This document shows positions 24,864 to 38,300 of a stretch of DNA of 64,000 nucleotides, piece by piece (position 1 is the first letter of the stretch; each line of letters opens with the position of its first letter). This DNA comes from Amoebophrya sp. A120 (lineage: Eukaryota; Protista; Dinoflagellata), in contig CAJINV010000014.1 of assembly GCA_905178155.1 (NCBI GenBank), positions 502,051 to 566,050 on the forward strand, in the 5' to 3' direction. The position numbers and the translations under genes are program-made. Under the pieces are notes generated by a model, which saw nothing but the letters and a program-made list of their open reading frames with translations, was not told the DNA's origin and searched no databases.

Positions 24864-25679
24864 TTACACGTTGCACACCGGGCAGCACTGGCCGTTTGTC
24901 GTCGTCGGGGCCGTGATCTTCTCTTCGGACGGGCACTTTGTATGGGGGAGAACGAAACTGCCCTTGGTTCCCCTAAAATTTAGCAGCACCAACTAGTAGA
25001 CTGCTCTTTATTCATTGGCGCACATGGAGTTTACATTTAGATTTTGATTTTATTTCTTTGTGCTTCGCACTACAAAGCTAGTGCTGTCACGTTGTTGATG
25101 CATGCTGGAAACATACAGAACAAAAACTCCGAATCAGGAAAAGCCTCCTGCAGAGGAAACAGAGAGCAGTTTCGATCACAAGGCGTAAAAGGTCGGGAAG
25201 CACCAGGTCCCTTTGCAAAACGTGCTCTCGCTGCCGCCAAATTCGCCCGTCGCGCCCGTGAGTTTCTGTTTTAAATTTAAGTGAAGGAATTCGTTCGTTT
25301 TTTATCTTTCATTTTACTTCTAAACGCACATCCAGGTTTAAGTAAAAGAAAACTCAAAATCCTCCCGTGCAAAAACCAAAAACAACATCGTACAGAATTT
25401 CAATGGTTTCTGGATTGCTGCAACTGAGCTTCTACAATACCCAAAATGGAAAAACACAACACAACGTCTAGACCACATAATTACGGCTTCCAGTTTGATG
25501 TCTGGATTGAAGCACACGGGGCAGCAGGTTCCCGGCTCCTGCTTCTCATCAAAACCGGTGGGGCATTTCAGCGGGGCGCACTCGATGTTCGCACACGCCG
25601 GCGGCTCCTGCTTGTTGCTCAACAAAATTCCGTTGGCGACCGGAATCAGAAACGAAAGAATTGGAAGAAACAGCCGCAT
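24864..25679 (-). CDS. Small secreted Cys-rich protein with two VWC-like CCPVC modules (~114 aa)
   Basis: Signal peptide; exons 25679-25485, 25265-25188, 24935-24864; GTCCPVC and GQCCPVC. Confidence 0.75.
24941..25187. mobile_element. Highly aged introner
   Basis: TATG...CGTA ends, residual TIR CGAAACTGC; no in-frame GT donor; element+5 nt restores frame. Confidence 0.6.
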
Positions 25680-26381
25680 CGTTACAATTTTTAGGACTTG
25701 GTGTCCTTCTCTGAGTTTCTCTTCGACCTGGTGCCCGGCCCTCTATCTCTCTTGATGTCGTCTCCACTCAAATGCAAATAGTCGTAGGAAAACCATGTCA
25801 GTGTGGAAAGGACCAGAACCAAAATGGTAGGAACGGAATGCGCTGATTTAGATGTAGATCCCGGAAATCCAAGTCAATGATCTCTTGCCAATTTTTTCAG
25901 AACACAAAAACAAAAAGATGAGAAGAGTCTTCTCATCTTCTTTTCCAAAAAGAACGAAAAATAGAAAAGATGAGTACAGTGATCAAAAGATGAGTTCGAA
26001 TTGGAGTTCAAAGTCAAAAGGAAAAACACATCTCTCCTGGGACTGCAATCAAAATGAGTCAAAATTTGGGATCGGTACGGAAAGATAAAGGGATCCGGAT
26101 CGAACGTACGAATAAAAAAGAAAGGCTCGGTAGATATGAAAAACACCAAACACCGAAACCAAGCGCGGGCGCGGTGAAAATACGTGGTGCCTGAAAAGTC
26201 TAAATTGAATTTATTGGACACAAAAAAATAAATCTACACGTAATCGTAATCTAAATTTTCGTCTAAATCTTATATAAAAGTTGTGGTCTCCCTGCGACAG
26301 CAAGACATTCACATTCTACAGCAGTACTTCTACTTGCTTCTAGCGACAGAACATGTCTCGTCCCATTTCAAAGTTTTCTGC

Positions 26382-29300
26382 CTACTTCTCCGCGGCCCGT
26401 TGCTTCTCTATCTCTCCACCACTTTCTTCCTCCTCAACCGCCGCGAATAGATCATCCGCGGTGAGTTTTTTGTCCCTTAGCGTCGCGTTTCCCTTTTCCA
26501 TCTTTGCGAGCAAATCGAAGTAGTACAACCGGTCCACGAAGTCCGCCTCGTCCATTCTCCTCTTGTTGTCCTCATTGGTAAACGTGATCCGCTCGTGGCC
26601 GACCTGCACCGGATTCCGGTACTTCTCACTGAGCGGCCAAACTTTGTTTTCGTTGGGGGCCGACCGGATGTTGGGCGTGAATTTCGGGACCGAAATCATC
26701 TCCGACAAGGATTTTCGTGCGGTTTGTCGGTAGTTCTTCTTGTCATCATTTTGCTCCTCATTTTCTACTTCTTCCTCGAACTCATCCACCGACCGACTCC
26801 CCCGGTTTTTGCCTTTCTGCGTGCTACTCTCTTTCCCGGGCGCCGACCTCCCCCGACTTCTCTCCTGGTTCAGGCCGGAGCTGACCAGGCCGCGCACGCC
26901 GCCCTTCCGTTTTTTCAACTTGTCGTAGTTGGACCGCGACCACTGCAGCAGACTCTCGTCGTAGATTTCCACGAAACCAAACTCGCCCCGGTGCTCAATC
27001 TCCCGCTTGAGTTTGTTTTGCCGCTCGATGAGAATGCGCCGCTCGTTGTAGGCTTCCGCCTTCCGCGTGGACTTCGGCATGCGCTCGGGTGGCGGCTCGA
27101 ATTCTTGCTCCGCGTCGTCATCGTTTTTAATCGGATTATCCTCGTCCTCCTCTTTATTAGTTGTTCCACCTCGTCCAGATTGCTGTTTGTTGCTCCTTCT
27201 AAAAGATGCCCTTCTTTTGTTTATCTGCGGTTTGAAGGTGCAGAACTCTTTCAATTCTTTCTCTTCCAACCGCTGCTTCAGCCGAATTTCGTCGGCGTCC
27301 GCCAGTCTCCGTTCCCGGTACTTCGTGCAGTTTTCCTCGTACTTCAAATCAAACGTCGCCTTGTGCTGCGACATGTCGCCGATGTGGGATTTTTTCGACT
27401 GTAGCCTTTGCTTCTCCTTCTCCTCTAATTTTTCTTTCTCCTTCTGCAACAAACTCTCTCTCCGCTCCTTGTGTTTCTTGTGCAACTCCCGCTGCTTCTC
27501 GTCCCGCTTCTTGTGCAGGGCCGCGAACCACTTTTGTCGCGTCTCGTTCGGCACTTGGTGCCAGTTGTGCGGCGCGGGGACGTTGTCGTTGGGGAACAAT
27601 TCCTGGATCTCCTTGCACATTCGCATCGCAATTTCGTTGTTCTTTTTGCTCAACTCCCGGTTCTCTTCCTTCGAAGACTGGAGTTTCAGTTCCTGCATCA
27701 CCATCCGGTTCCCGGCAATCACCGCGGTCCGCCGGAACGCGTCGGCGTAGAGTTTGTCAAAGTGCGACTGTGTCTGATCGAAATTGGAAGAAGTGGAAGA
27801 CCCACCTGCTCCGGTAGAAGTACCAGTGTGCAAGGACTTGATGTCGGCAGTGATGAAGGAATTATTGCTAGTATTCTGTGCACTAGCAGTAGAGCCGGAT
27901 CCTGCCCCGACGATGCCCTGCTTGAAATCCTGCAAAGCGCTCATCATCAAACTGTGCTCCTGTTTCTGCAAGGTGGCCGTCCTGCGGCTGAGCTCCGACC
28001 CCCGGAGGTTGGTGTTATTCGACAAAAATTCCTTCCCGGAGCTCCCCCCGGACAGCACCGCAGAAGTGAACTTGTCCGACATTCTCAACTCCAGTTCCGC
28101 CGCAGACAGGCCGGCGGATGGAAAAGCCGCCCGCTCGGCCGCGGACAGGCGAGCGGTTGTGCTCGTTTCGCCTAGCGCCGTGCTCGCCTCGATGCCGCTG
28201 CCCGAAGCGGCCACAAAGGCCTTCGTGCTACTCCCCCCGAACCCCGCCGTGCCGTAGTGGTGTCCGGGGTTCAAAAAATCGTCCGGGCCGTGCTTGATTT
28301 CGTTCTGGGCGTTTGTCTTGCCGGAACAATCCCGTTCAAGGGATCGTAGCGCCGACGCGTGGAACATGATATCGGAATTCGTCACGTCCATCTGCGAATA
28401 TTTCACCCCGAACGCGTTGGTCGTGGGCATCGCGATGGTCTTGTGGATCCCGGATTTCAGAGATTTCGCCTGGCTGCTCGCCTTGGCGGACGCTTTAAAC
28501 AGCTCGATTTCCTGGGACCGGGGGCCGAGATACTTTCTCGTGTTGTTCAAGAAGTGGGCTAACGTGTTGTGTTGGTTGTCCTTCGCGAGCTGGTGTAGTT
28601 TGGACAGTTGCTGGGTGAAGTCGAGGGAGCTCGTAGTCACCTTTCCGCTGTTCGTCTTCCCGCCAATCGGGTTCTCGATGAAGTAGCTGTTCCGCCCGCC
28701 AATCTTCTCCAGAATCGCGGACTTCGCCAGGTGGTCGCGGAACTTGTGGCACTTCGCGCGGAGGTCCGCGTTGAAGAAGAGGTAGGTCTTTTCCTTGTTT
28801 TGCAGAATCAACTCGAGAAAAACCTTCAACAGCGGCTGCTTTGTTACTACAGAAGTAGTCACATTGTTTTTCATTAACTGCAGGTACTTTTGCCTAGCCA
28901 CCGGAAGCAAAAGATTCGTTGGGTTGGTTTCCGACGCGGCCAAATGTGCGGGGTCGTTGGAGGCGGAAGAAGTGCTTGTTGCGTTCGACAACTGTGCACC
29001 ACCGACCGCTGCGGAAGAAAGCCGCTCTCCTGCTGCGTCGAAATCAAAATCATCCGGGCCGACTCCACCGCCCATGTTGCTCTGCTGCGTCTTTGTCGCC
29101 TGGTATTGATTGGTCGCCAACGTGGAATCTTCGGAAAACCGGCCGGAGAGCATCTGTGGTGGGAGGTTTTGGAAATTCGCGGGGATTATACCGGCAGACG
29201 CAGCTGCAGTATTGTCGGGCAGTAGTTCTTGTTCGCCTTGCGTCTTTTGGCTCCTCTTCTGCTCACCCTTAGTGCTGGTTGTAGGACCTCCGCTAGAGCC

Positions 29301-32300
29301 TGCTCCTGCGCCAGTAGCAGCAGGAGCTCCACTACTCGTCCCTCGCCCCCCACCTGCTGTGGCCGCACTTATCCCCCCGGAGGAGAATCTATCGGTGTCG
29401 AAGAAATCGAATTGGTTCGGCTGCCACGGTTTCGAGACGCAGTGGTCCAGTCTCCACACCCAGTGAAGGAGCTCCTCCTGAAGGAATAACAACCTTTCTT
29501 GGTTCTCGTGAACCTCCAACAAGTCGCGCAACAAGCAGAACCGCAGACCCAGAACGCACCGTCGCTGCGCGATCCACTTCTCGCGGTCGACAATGGACTC
29601 GAGCCGGTGCGGGTACTCGCTCTGTTTCTTCGCGTGCGCAACTTCGCGGTTGCTGGCCAGGCTGTCGCGCGCCGCGAGCGAATGATTTATTGGAGCAGCC
29701 TGAACCTGATTGTTCTCTATTGTTGGCTGTTGTTTGCTCACATCAATAGCTGAATTTGTGTACCGCGAATCACTACCGGCGAGGGCGCCGGTAGTAGTAC
29801 CATCTCCAAACGTGGTCGGGTCGTCCTTCTGGGGGAGTAGTTCCGGAGAGATCATTTGCATGTTTGAGTTTGACATGACTGTCGTGGGGTTGTTGTTGTT
29901 CATCATGCCACTTACAGTCGTGCCGCGAGGGCTTGGGCTTGCAGCAGTTTCGTTGTAGAACATGAGCACGCTTCCATCGTCGTTTTTCGTGTCCTTCTTC
30001 ACTTTTTTCTCCACTCCGTGTTCGATGATGACATCGGTGTTGCGGATTTTCGGCTCCTCTTCCTGTCCATCCTCTGGTGTAGTCCTCGTGGCCTCTGCAG
30101 CTGAGCTTCTTGCTGGTTGCTCATCACCGTCCTCCTTCTTCTTCTTTTTCTTCTTCTCGGCAGTGCTGCTGCGGTCCTTTGCTGCACCATCATCCTTCGC
30201 GGTCTCCTTTGGTGTGGCAGCTGCTCCCGTTTCGGCGGCGGCATTGGGATTGGCTTCCTCAGTGGAGGACGAACTAGAGGAAGAGGATTTCTCTTTTTTC
30301 TTCTTTTTCTTCTTGTCCTGACTATCGGCATCTGCTCCGGCGTCGTCTTTGTCAGAAGATTTTTTCTTCTTTTTCTTCTCCGCAACACCAGCTGCATCGT
30401 CGTCGTCTTTTGATGTTGCGCTTTTCGTACTTGTTTTCCTCTCGTCAGTTTCCTCTTTGTCGACGTCCTTCTTCTTTTTCTTCTTGATGTCAACAGCGGC
30501 ACCATCACCGTCATCCTTATCAGCTGATGTTGACGATGTTGTAGCACCGTCGACGTCCTTGTCCTTCGTGTCAGCACTTTTAGAAGAAGAAGTTGTAGAA
30601 GTGCCATCCTTCTTACTTCTCTCCTCCTTCCCAGTACTCTTCGCGCCGGAACTAGGTTTTTCTTTCTCCTCGCCCTGCTTTTTGGAAGTTCCAGAAGAGG
30701 ACTTCGCAACTGCGGACGCAATCTTGCCTCCAGCCGAGGCTGTGCTCGTGCGGGCCATTTTCAGGTTCGCCCCGACTTTTAAAGCCGACGTTACCCCCGC
30801 GAGATTGGAGGACGAGGCGGCGGCTTTGGCAGTTGTAGACGCACTGGTTGTTGAACTACTTGAGGACGCGGCCGCGGCACTACTAGTTCCAGCTGGTGTT
30901 GTACTAGAACTAGTGCCACTATCCGGCGCACCAGCCCCGCCGACGTCCTTTTGTCCCCTTCCCGGGATGAATTTCACGTCCTCCAGTTGCTCGCCGAATT
31001 GCGCCCGCTTCTTCGCGCCGGAGGCAGCGGTCTCGCTCAGGAGTCTGGCGGTGGCTGAATTGGCAGTCGTGCTGCTCGTCGTGGTTCCAGCCTGTTCTCT
31101 CGCTAGATTCTTCGCGTTCGTCGCGTCCATGCCCCGGAGGGGCTCGATCCCGTCCAGTAAATTCGAGCGGGGGAAAGAAAGCGGTTCGCGAGTTTTCGCA
31201 AATTCCGAAGCCAGCGACATAAAGGACAGCTTTTTAGAAGTTGTGGTCCTTTGCTGCTGGTCTTGACTGTTCATCCTGTTCCCAGCGCTGGTCAACGAGG
31301 AGGGCAACATTTTTACATCTGACGACAGCTCTTCTTGTCCTTCCTTGTCGGCGACAATCTTATTGTCAGACGCGTCTTTAATATCGCCGTCTACTTCGCC
31401 GGGACGAGTTGCAGATCGGGAGGACCGCTTCTTCTTCGTAGTACCAGCAGTGCCTTTCTCTTCAACGGCGCCATCCTCGTTCGTCGCAGTAGTTCCTGCT
31501 AAATCAATCTTTGCGCTGGCCCTTTTCGATGATCTTTTACCACCGCTGGCCTCGCCCGCCGCGGTCGACGTGAATTCATCTGGCTTGTTATCAGTTCCAC
31601 CTTCTTGTTCACTCGGAAAGACGTCCACCCAGTCTGGCCTTCCCTCGATCACCGAGCTCGGGTACCGGTGCCCCTTCACGGCGACGCAGGACCCGCGAGC
31701 AAACAGCCCCCCGTTGGAAGACATGGAGGTCAATTGCTGGTCGCTGTAGTCTGCTGCTTGCTTAGTGAGAAACTGGTCCAAAATCGCCATCTGCTTCTTC
31801 ACATCCACAGAATTTTGCAGAACTTGTTGCAGAATCTCCCGCATTGGGAGCACGGGGACCTGTCCGACAATTTGGTCTTCCTCTTCTTGCGGTTCTTCGG
31901 AAAGAAGTAGACCAGCTGTTTCTTGTGGCTTCTCGGTACTATTTGCATATGCTTCATCGGGAGGCTCTTGTGCGCCCCCAATTGGTGGAACAGGCAGAGT
32001 GACTGCAGGCGTGAGAAATGAGTCTTTATCCATCCTGGACGATGAAAACATGAAATCACCCCCGGCTTGTAGTTCTCCTGTCGAACTTCTGTCGTTCGAC
32101 ATCCCCAACAAGTTGCTGCCGACCGACATGCGACTCAGCTTCTGATGCTCCGAAACAGGCATGGCTGGTTGGGATTGTCTCTTTTGCTTCATGACGCTCT
32201 TTCTCGTCGGACCCGGAGCGACTAACTTTGTCGCATCCTGGTGCGCGTTTGGCAGATTAGGGTTGTTCATATCATCTTTCGAAGAATGCTCGTCGATTAT

Positions 32301-35300
32301 ATTTTCCAAATTTTCTGTTGTCGCCGGAGCGCTTGCCGCGTTCAGAGTACGCCTCGTGGTTGTAGTTCCAAGCTGCGCGGTATCCCGAAGCGCCGCGTCG
32401 GCTGCAGTAGCTCCATTTTCCGGGGACGCCAAATCTGGCGCTGTGGTAGCTCCGCCCTTGTTCGCGAGGAACATTGCTGCTTGCTTTTTGGACGCGACGG
32501 TGGACTTGGCCCTTCGCGTCGGCGGCGGACTCGGACTTGGGCTAGGTGACGCAGATTTCTCGGACGCCGTTTTCTCCGAATTCGTTTCAGAAGTATTCGG
32601 CTCAGGGAAATACAAAGTTGGCGACTTGCCCCTCGCCGCACCACCAGCTCTGGTATTGTTCCCCGCTTTTGGCGGCACTAGCCCGGCTTTGGCCGCGGCC
32701 TTCTTCGGCGCCGCGCCCGGCGGGCCGGCGGGGGACTTCGCTTTCTTCGGCTGCGCACCAGTTGCACCACCGCGGTCTCCTCTCCTACCCGCTGCTGTTG
32801 CAGCCCTTTGTTCACCTTGCGGCCCTTCCGCCGCGGCGCCCGCCCCAGCTGGTGGCGCGGCCCGGCGACCCTGTCCTCTCGGTCCTGCGGTCGTTGCGGT
32901 CCCAGCTGCTGATGCCCCGGAAGCTCCAGCGCCGGGAGACGGAGACGCGCCGACTGCCGCCGATCCAGCCATGCTGTCGTCCAAAGTCGTCGCCGCTCCG
33001 CCTCCGGAGAGGTTTGACCTAGTCGTGTTGGTCAAGGTTCTTTCCTCGTCTTCTATACTGAGTAAAAACGTACCCACACCAGAGTCAGGATGGGGATTTT
33101 GCAACACAAACCTAGGGGTTTTGTGAGTCACGCGTGACAAGTTGCGCTCTGCGGTGTAGTGCAGGTTAGCAAGTGCAGCCGCATCACAGATTCATCTGCT
33201 CATCCTGTTCACAGCATCACAAATTCCAAAACACGACTGGAAATGGCGCTCATGGGGATGCGCATTACCAGTCTTCCTGTCTTTGCAAATCTGCATCACA
33301 ACTCTGGTATGGGGACGTTTTTACTCAGGATATCCTCAAAATCCCCGTCAAAGTTGTCGTAGCTGCCATAATTGATGTTGTCCTGTTGCTCCAACGTCTC
33401 GCGGATCTGCAGAGTCGCTTTCAGAAATTTCGGCAGAAACTGCGAGTCTTGTTGCGCCTTCGACGTCCCGACTACCTCGCGTGCTTTGTTTCCGATTTTT
33501 GTCTGCGTGCGGTCGAGGAAATTTTGCACAAAGTTCTTGAACGCGCGTGAGTTCAGCTCCTGCTTCGTCACATTGTGAAAATACGGGTGGTCCTGAGCCT
33601 GGTAGCGGGATTTCATATTCATTGCACTGGCGGTTGCAGCAGCTGTGTTATCGCCGTTGATCGAAGTAGCGGACGCAGCTTTGTTTAGCAACCCACTTGT
33701 CCCGCCTACTGCCGCATTTTGGTCCGCCGCTCCCTGTGCGGCGGCGGCGGCCTTGTCTGCTTTCGACGTCTTCGCGCCTGGAAGTAGTTTCGTCCCAGCT
33801 GCCTTGTTTTCCGCAGAGCCGCCAGAGGACTTCGCAGAGTTCGAGGACCCTATTCTTTTCGCCGGCTTTGCCTTAATTTCGGGGGCACCTTCCTCGGGAC
33901 CTACAGTTCCTATTGTCGTCGTGGCTTCCCCGCCTGGAATTGCTTCGTTTCTTGCAGAAACGGCACCCGTTCCTTCCACAGCTTCCTCCGACAGAGAGAT
34001 CGCGTTAATCGACAGTCCCAGTTGACTGATCGTGGTCGCCACCTTGTCGAAGTCCGGCACGTGCCGGTCAAGCGGCGTCCGCAGCCGCACGGTGCTGTGA
34101 AAAATGAACCGCTCCAAGTCTTTGGAACTCTGCTTCAAGTATTTCGCCAGGTGCATGGTCGTCTTCCGTAATTTCTTATTCAACAAACACATGGAATTCT
34201 GCACCGAATCACGCAGCTCGTACCGCAGAAAGCTGACGAACTTGAGCGCGTCCGCGAACGGCGTGTTGATCTCTTTGAACTGTTCCTTCATCCGCTGCAA
34301 TTTCCAGCGGCGCAGCACCGCTTGGGCGCGCTCCTCCGGACTCACCTGCGCCTCCACCTCCTTCTGCTTCTTCAGTTCCTTCGCTTCTTCCGGATTCACG
34401 GGCGTGTCTTTCAGAAACACACTCAGGAGAATGGAAAACTCTTTCGGGTCTTTGTGCAACCCTTTTGCGTTCAATTTCATCAAGGATTGCTGGTCGAAGG
34501 CGTAGTTGCTCGGGTCTGTGGTCGTGATCGTGTCCGGCGCATTCATCGCACTGTGGTGTCCACCACCGGCGCCCTTGTGGTGGGAATGAGGGGAGTGAGC
34601 GGAAGTAGATTTAGTAGTTGCATCAGGAGCAACTGTACTGTCATTCTTGGATGAAGTTCGATTCGTTCCTGATAGCCCCAAGAACGACAGACTCCCGGGG
34701 TCCGCAGGGCTTCTTCCGGTCAGATTGAACAGCACCCGTTTCACGGCGGACCGAAGGAGGACGGGCGGCACGCCGTTGTTGTGCTTCACAAAGTCCTTGC
34801 CCGACACGTCGAACAGAATGCGCTTGCGACTGATGGCGGCTTGTTTGGTCTCCGGCACGTTGGCGAGTCTGGTGAGCAAATGCTTGAAAACTTTGAACTG
34901 CTTCTTCTTCTCGGTAGAAGTTCCACCACCAGCGGAAAACGGGTTCGCGGCCAGTTCCTTCTCCTTCTGTGCTATCTGTTTCATCCGCTGACGGGCTAGC
35001 AAGTTCCGGCATTGAGAGGAAAAATCCCCCCTCCCCATATTGAAAAGGTATGCTTCCGGAAATTTGTGTTGCTGATTTGAGGCCACAAATCACATTTGTC
35101 TTGCAAGAAGACAAGGGCAGAAGCTTCCGCCATATTATGGAGGCGATTTGTCATGCCGCTGGGCCTAAAGGGGGGCCGTTTGTCATGCTGAGCAACTAGA
35201 CCCATACGCCCCCAGCTAGTCTGGGCTAGCCTGGGGATCTGGCCGCAATGCCTTTCTGCAACACAAATCTGATTTGTGTATCCAAATCCAGCATCAGACA

Positions 35301-38300
35301 TTTCGTTTTGATATGGGGAGGGGGGATTTTTCCTTTTGATATCCGGCTCACCATCATCTTCTTGATCGCCCACCGGAACAGCCAGGGGGCTTGCGCGCGC
35401 TTCCGGATTCCGTGGCTCACCAAGTAGAACAAGTCGCGATTTTTCCGGATCAAGACCACGTAGGAGCAAGACTCGAACGGCTGACTATCCGGTAGCACCA
35501 CCGCCTCCTGGTGCGTGGGCACCGCCGCCAACTGCGCTGCGAGGGTCGTTATGAACTGCAAATATGTCTGGGTCTGGAAAGATCCAAGGCTTGTCATGCT
35601 TGTCGGACATGACTCTCAAGTCTGTCATGCACATTACCCAAAAGCCCCACTTTTCTGTCATGCAGAAGCTCGCTTTGTCATGCAGAAAAGGCAAGACTGT
35701 AGCACCTGCCTCCAAAACTTGTCATGCTTCTGCCAGTCAATTGAGGCGTCCTCGTCCTTCGCAACCAGCATCACAAGTTTCCAGACCCAGACATATATGC
35801 ATTTGATAGTCGTGGCGGCCGCGACGGAATCCGCATCTTGAAGCGCGCGCTTGAGCTTTTCGATTTTGTTCTGCGCGTTGATCTGCAGCATGTTATGCAA
35901 TACAAATTTCCCGCACATGTACAAAATGCATCACAAATTTACCCAATTTGGAGCGTAACTACGCTTGTCATGCTAAACTAGGATCGAAGGTAGGTTTTCT
36001 CATGCACCACCAGACACCGTGTGTGTACGTGTACGGAAAATTTACTGTGGATACATGTTGGCCTGCTTCACCAGGTCTTTGGGGTCGAGCAGCAGGTAGG
36101 AATCGGCATAATTCGCATCATGCAGATCCAACTGCACCGGTTGGCTTGAAGATCCTGTTCCTGAAGACCCTTGCTGGGTGGAAGCGCCAGCTGCCCTGGA
36201 TGCTGGAGACCCTGAAATAAAGATTGGTTTTTTTTTGGAGATGTAAAGGCTTGTCACGAAAGTAGGTGTTTTTGGTTCTAGTTTTCTTGAGCCTCGTCTA
36301 AGTACTACTTTTACAAAGACGTGCTGCACAGTAGCGGTGGGCACTAGTAGAGTCGGTCACAGGTGCCAAAGTAGAGGAGCCTTAGTTGTATATAATCCAC
36401 GACAAAAGTTCTCGTTCATCATCTTCATTTGTGCTCCTGGTCTTCATAAATTAATACCTTTAAGTGCCCCACCGCTGGTCATGATCCCCCCAGCAGTCGC
36501 GCCTCCATTATACGCCTTCAAATCCGCTAGCGCTCTGGCATCGTAGGCGGGATCACTGACGAACACGATTTTTGTGCTCGCTAACATCTGCGGATTCTGT
36601 GCGGATAGCACTTTCCGCACGCACTCTCGCACTTCGCCGATTTTCTGGCCCGCCCGGAAAGAGAAACTCTTGCAGACAAACGCCGGCTCCAGTTTTCCCC
36701 GGTCAACGTTCATATTATTAGCCTTGTTGGCAGATGATGTTAAACCTGCAGCCTTCGTTCCGGTTTTGGAAGTCGGTGAATTGGTGGACGGCTGTCCTGT
36801 ACCACCTGTCGCAGCTCCTGCTGCTGTACTTCTAGTTGCTGCTCCTTGTTCAGGACTTTCACTTGCCGCAGCACCTCCGCCTCCCGATGGCAACGCAGCA
36901 GATCCAGCCGCACTACTGGATGAAGCAGTTGTCTTCGTCACGTCTGCGTTCAATCCGTAGACCGGCAAGTGCTTGCCGCGCTGCAGTTCCGAGGATTCTT
37001 GCTTTCTGATGACTTGCAAACAGTAGTTTTCGTCCAGCACTTGAAGTTCCTTTTCCAATTTCACCAAAGTCGCCTCCAAATACTTGGAGTTCTGAAACAG
37101 CAGCTCGCAATGCGAGGCGAGCGAATGGAGCAAAACATCCATGAGAGAGTCCGTCTCGATGATGGACCGCATTTCCTGCAGAGATTTGGGCCGCCAGTCG
37201 CTCGGAGCCGTCGGAATGGACGATTTCGGAGACACGCCGAATTTCGTCTGATCAGGTGCTTGATTTGGATAATTCCTGGTGTTCTTCATCGCTAGTAGAA
37301 GATTATTTCCTCCTGCTGTCGTTCCGCTACCACGGGACGTCGCGGGCCTTGACCCTGTAGTTGTTGATGTCCCAGAAATACTCGTACCTCCACCACCGCG
37401 ACCAGAGGAAGACCCTTTGTTCGGCCGGGTTGACCTGCTGTTGGCGTTATTTGTTCCGCCTCTAGAAGCTCCTGTAGTACTCGAATTCAAATTTATTCCC
37501 GTCGTTTTCACCCCATCAGCACCGTCCTCCCCCTCGCCACCAACACTGCTGAACCCGGTCTGAAAGAAGGCCAAATCTTCCGGACAGTCCTTCTGTAGTA
37601 AGTACCCGTCCTTGAAGCACTGCAGGAACAAAATCTGCTCCAGCTCACTTGTCAGCTGCTTCCGCGCAACCGCGTCGCCGTGGGTCTCCTTATTGATACC
37701 GCTGCTGGACTTGTTATTCGGAGTTGACGACGAAGATGTTGACGCGTTTCCACTAGTACTGCTGTTATTTTTGTACGCGGAGCTCCGCAGCAGTTGCTGG
37801 TCCTCGTTTGCGTCCACGCAGTACCGCACCGCGAAGTAAAAATTGTTCAGATTGTTTATCGAAAAGAAAAATCCCCCCTCCCCATATCAAAACGGAATTT
37901 CTGATGCTGGATTTGTGTACACAAATCGGCTTTGTATTGCAGAGAGGCATTGCGGCCAGCTCCCCAGGCTAGGCAGGGGCGTATGGGTGTAGTTGCTCAG
38001 CATGGCAAACGGCTCCCCTTTAAGCCCGCCAGCGTGGCAAATCGCTTCCATAAAAATGGGGCGGAAGCTTCTGCCCTTGTCTTCCTGCAAGACAAATGTG
38101 ATTTGTGACCTCAAACCAGCAACGCAAATGTTCAAAAACATACCTTTTCAATATGGGGAGGGGGGATTTTTCCGTACGATATTGTTCACAAACTCCTTCA
38201 TGTTCGCAAACGTGATTCTGGTCTGGTGCAGAGAACTGATCAGGTGGTCGTTCCTCGTGCGAAACAGCTGCCCGAAATCAGATAAGTACTTCGCCGCCGG

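Noticed and set aside
26595-33126. Many long + strand ORFs
   Set aside because: Antisense shadows of GC-rich, low-complexity - strand coding sequence.
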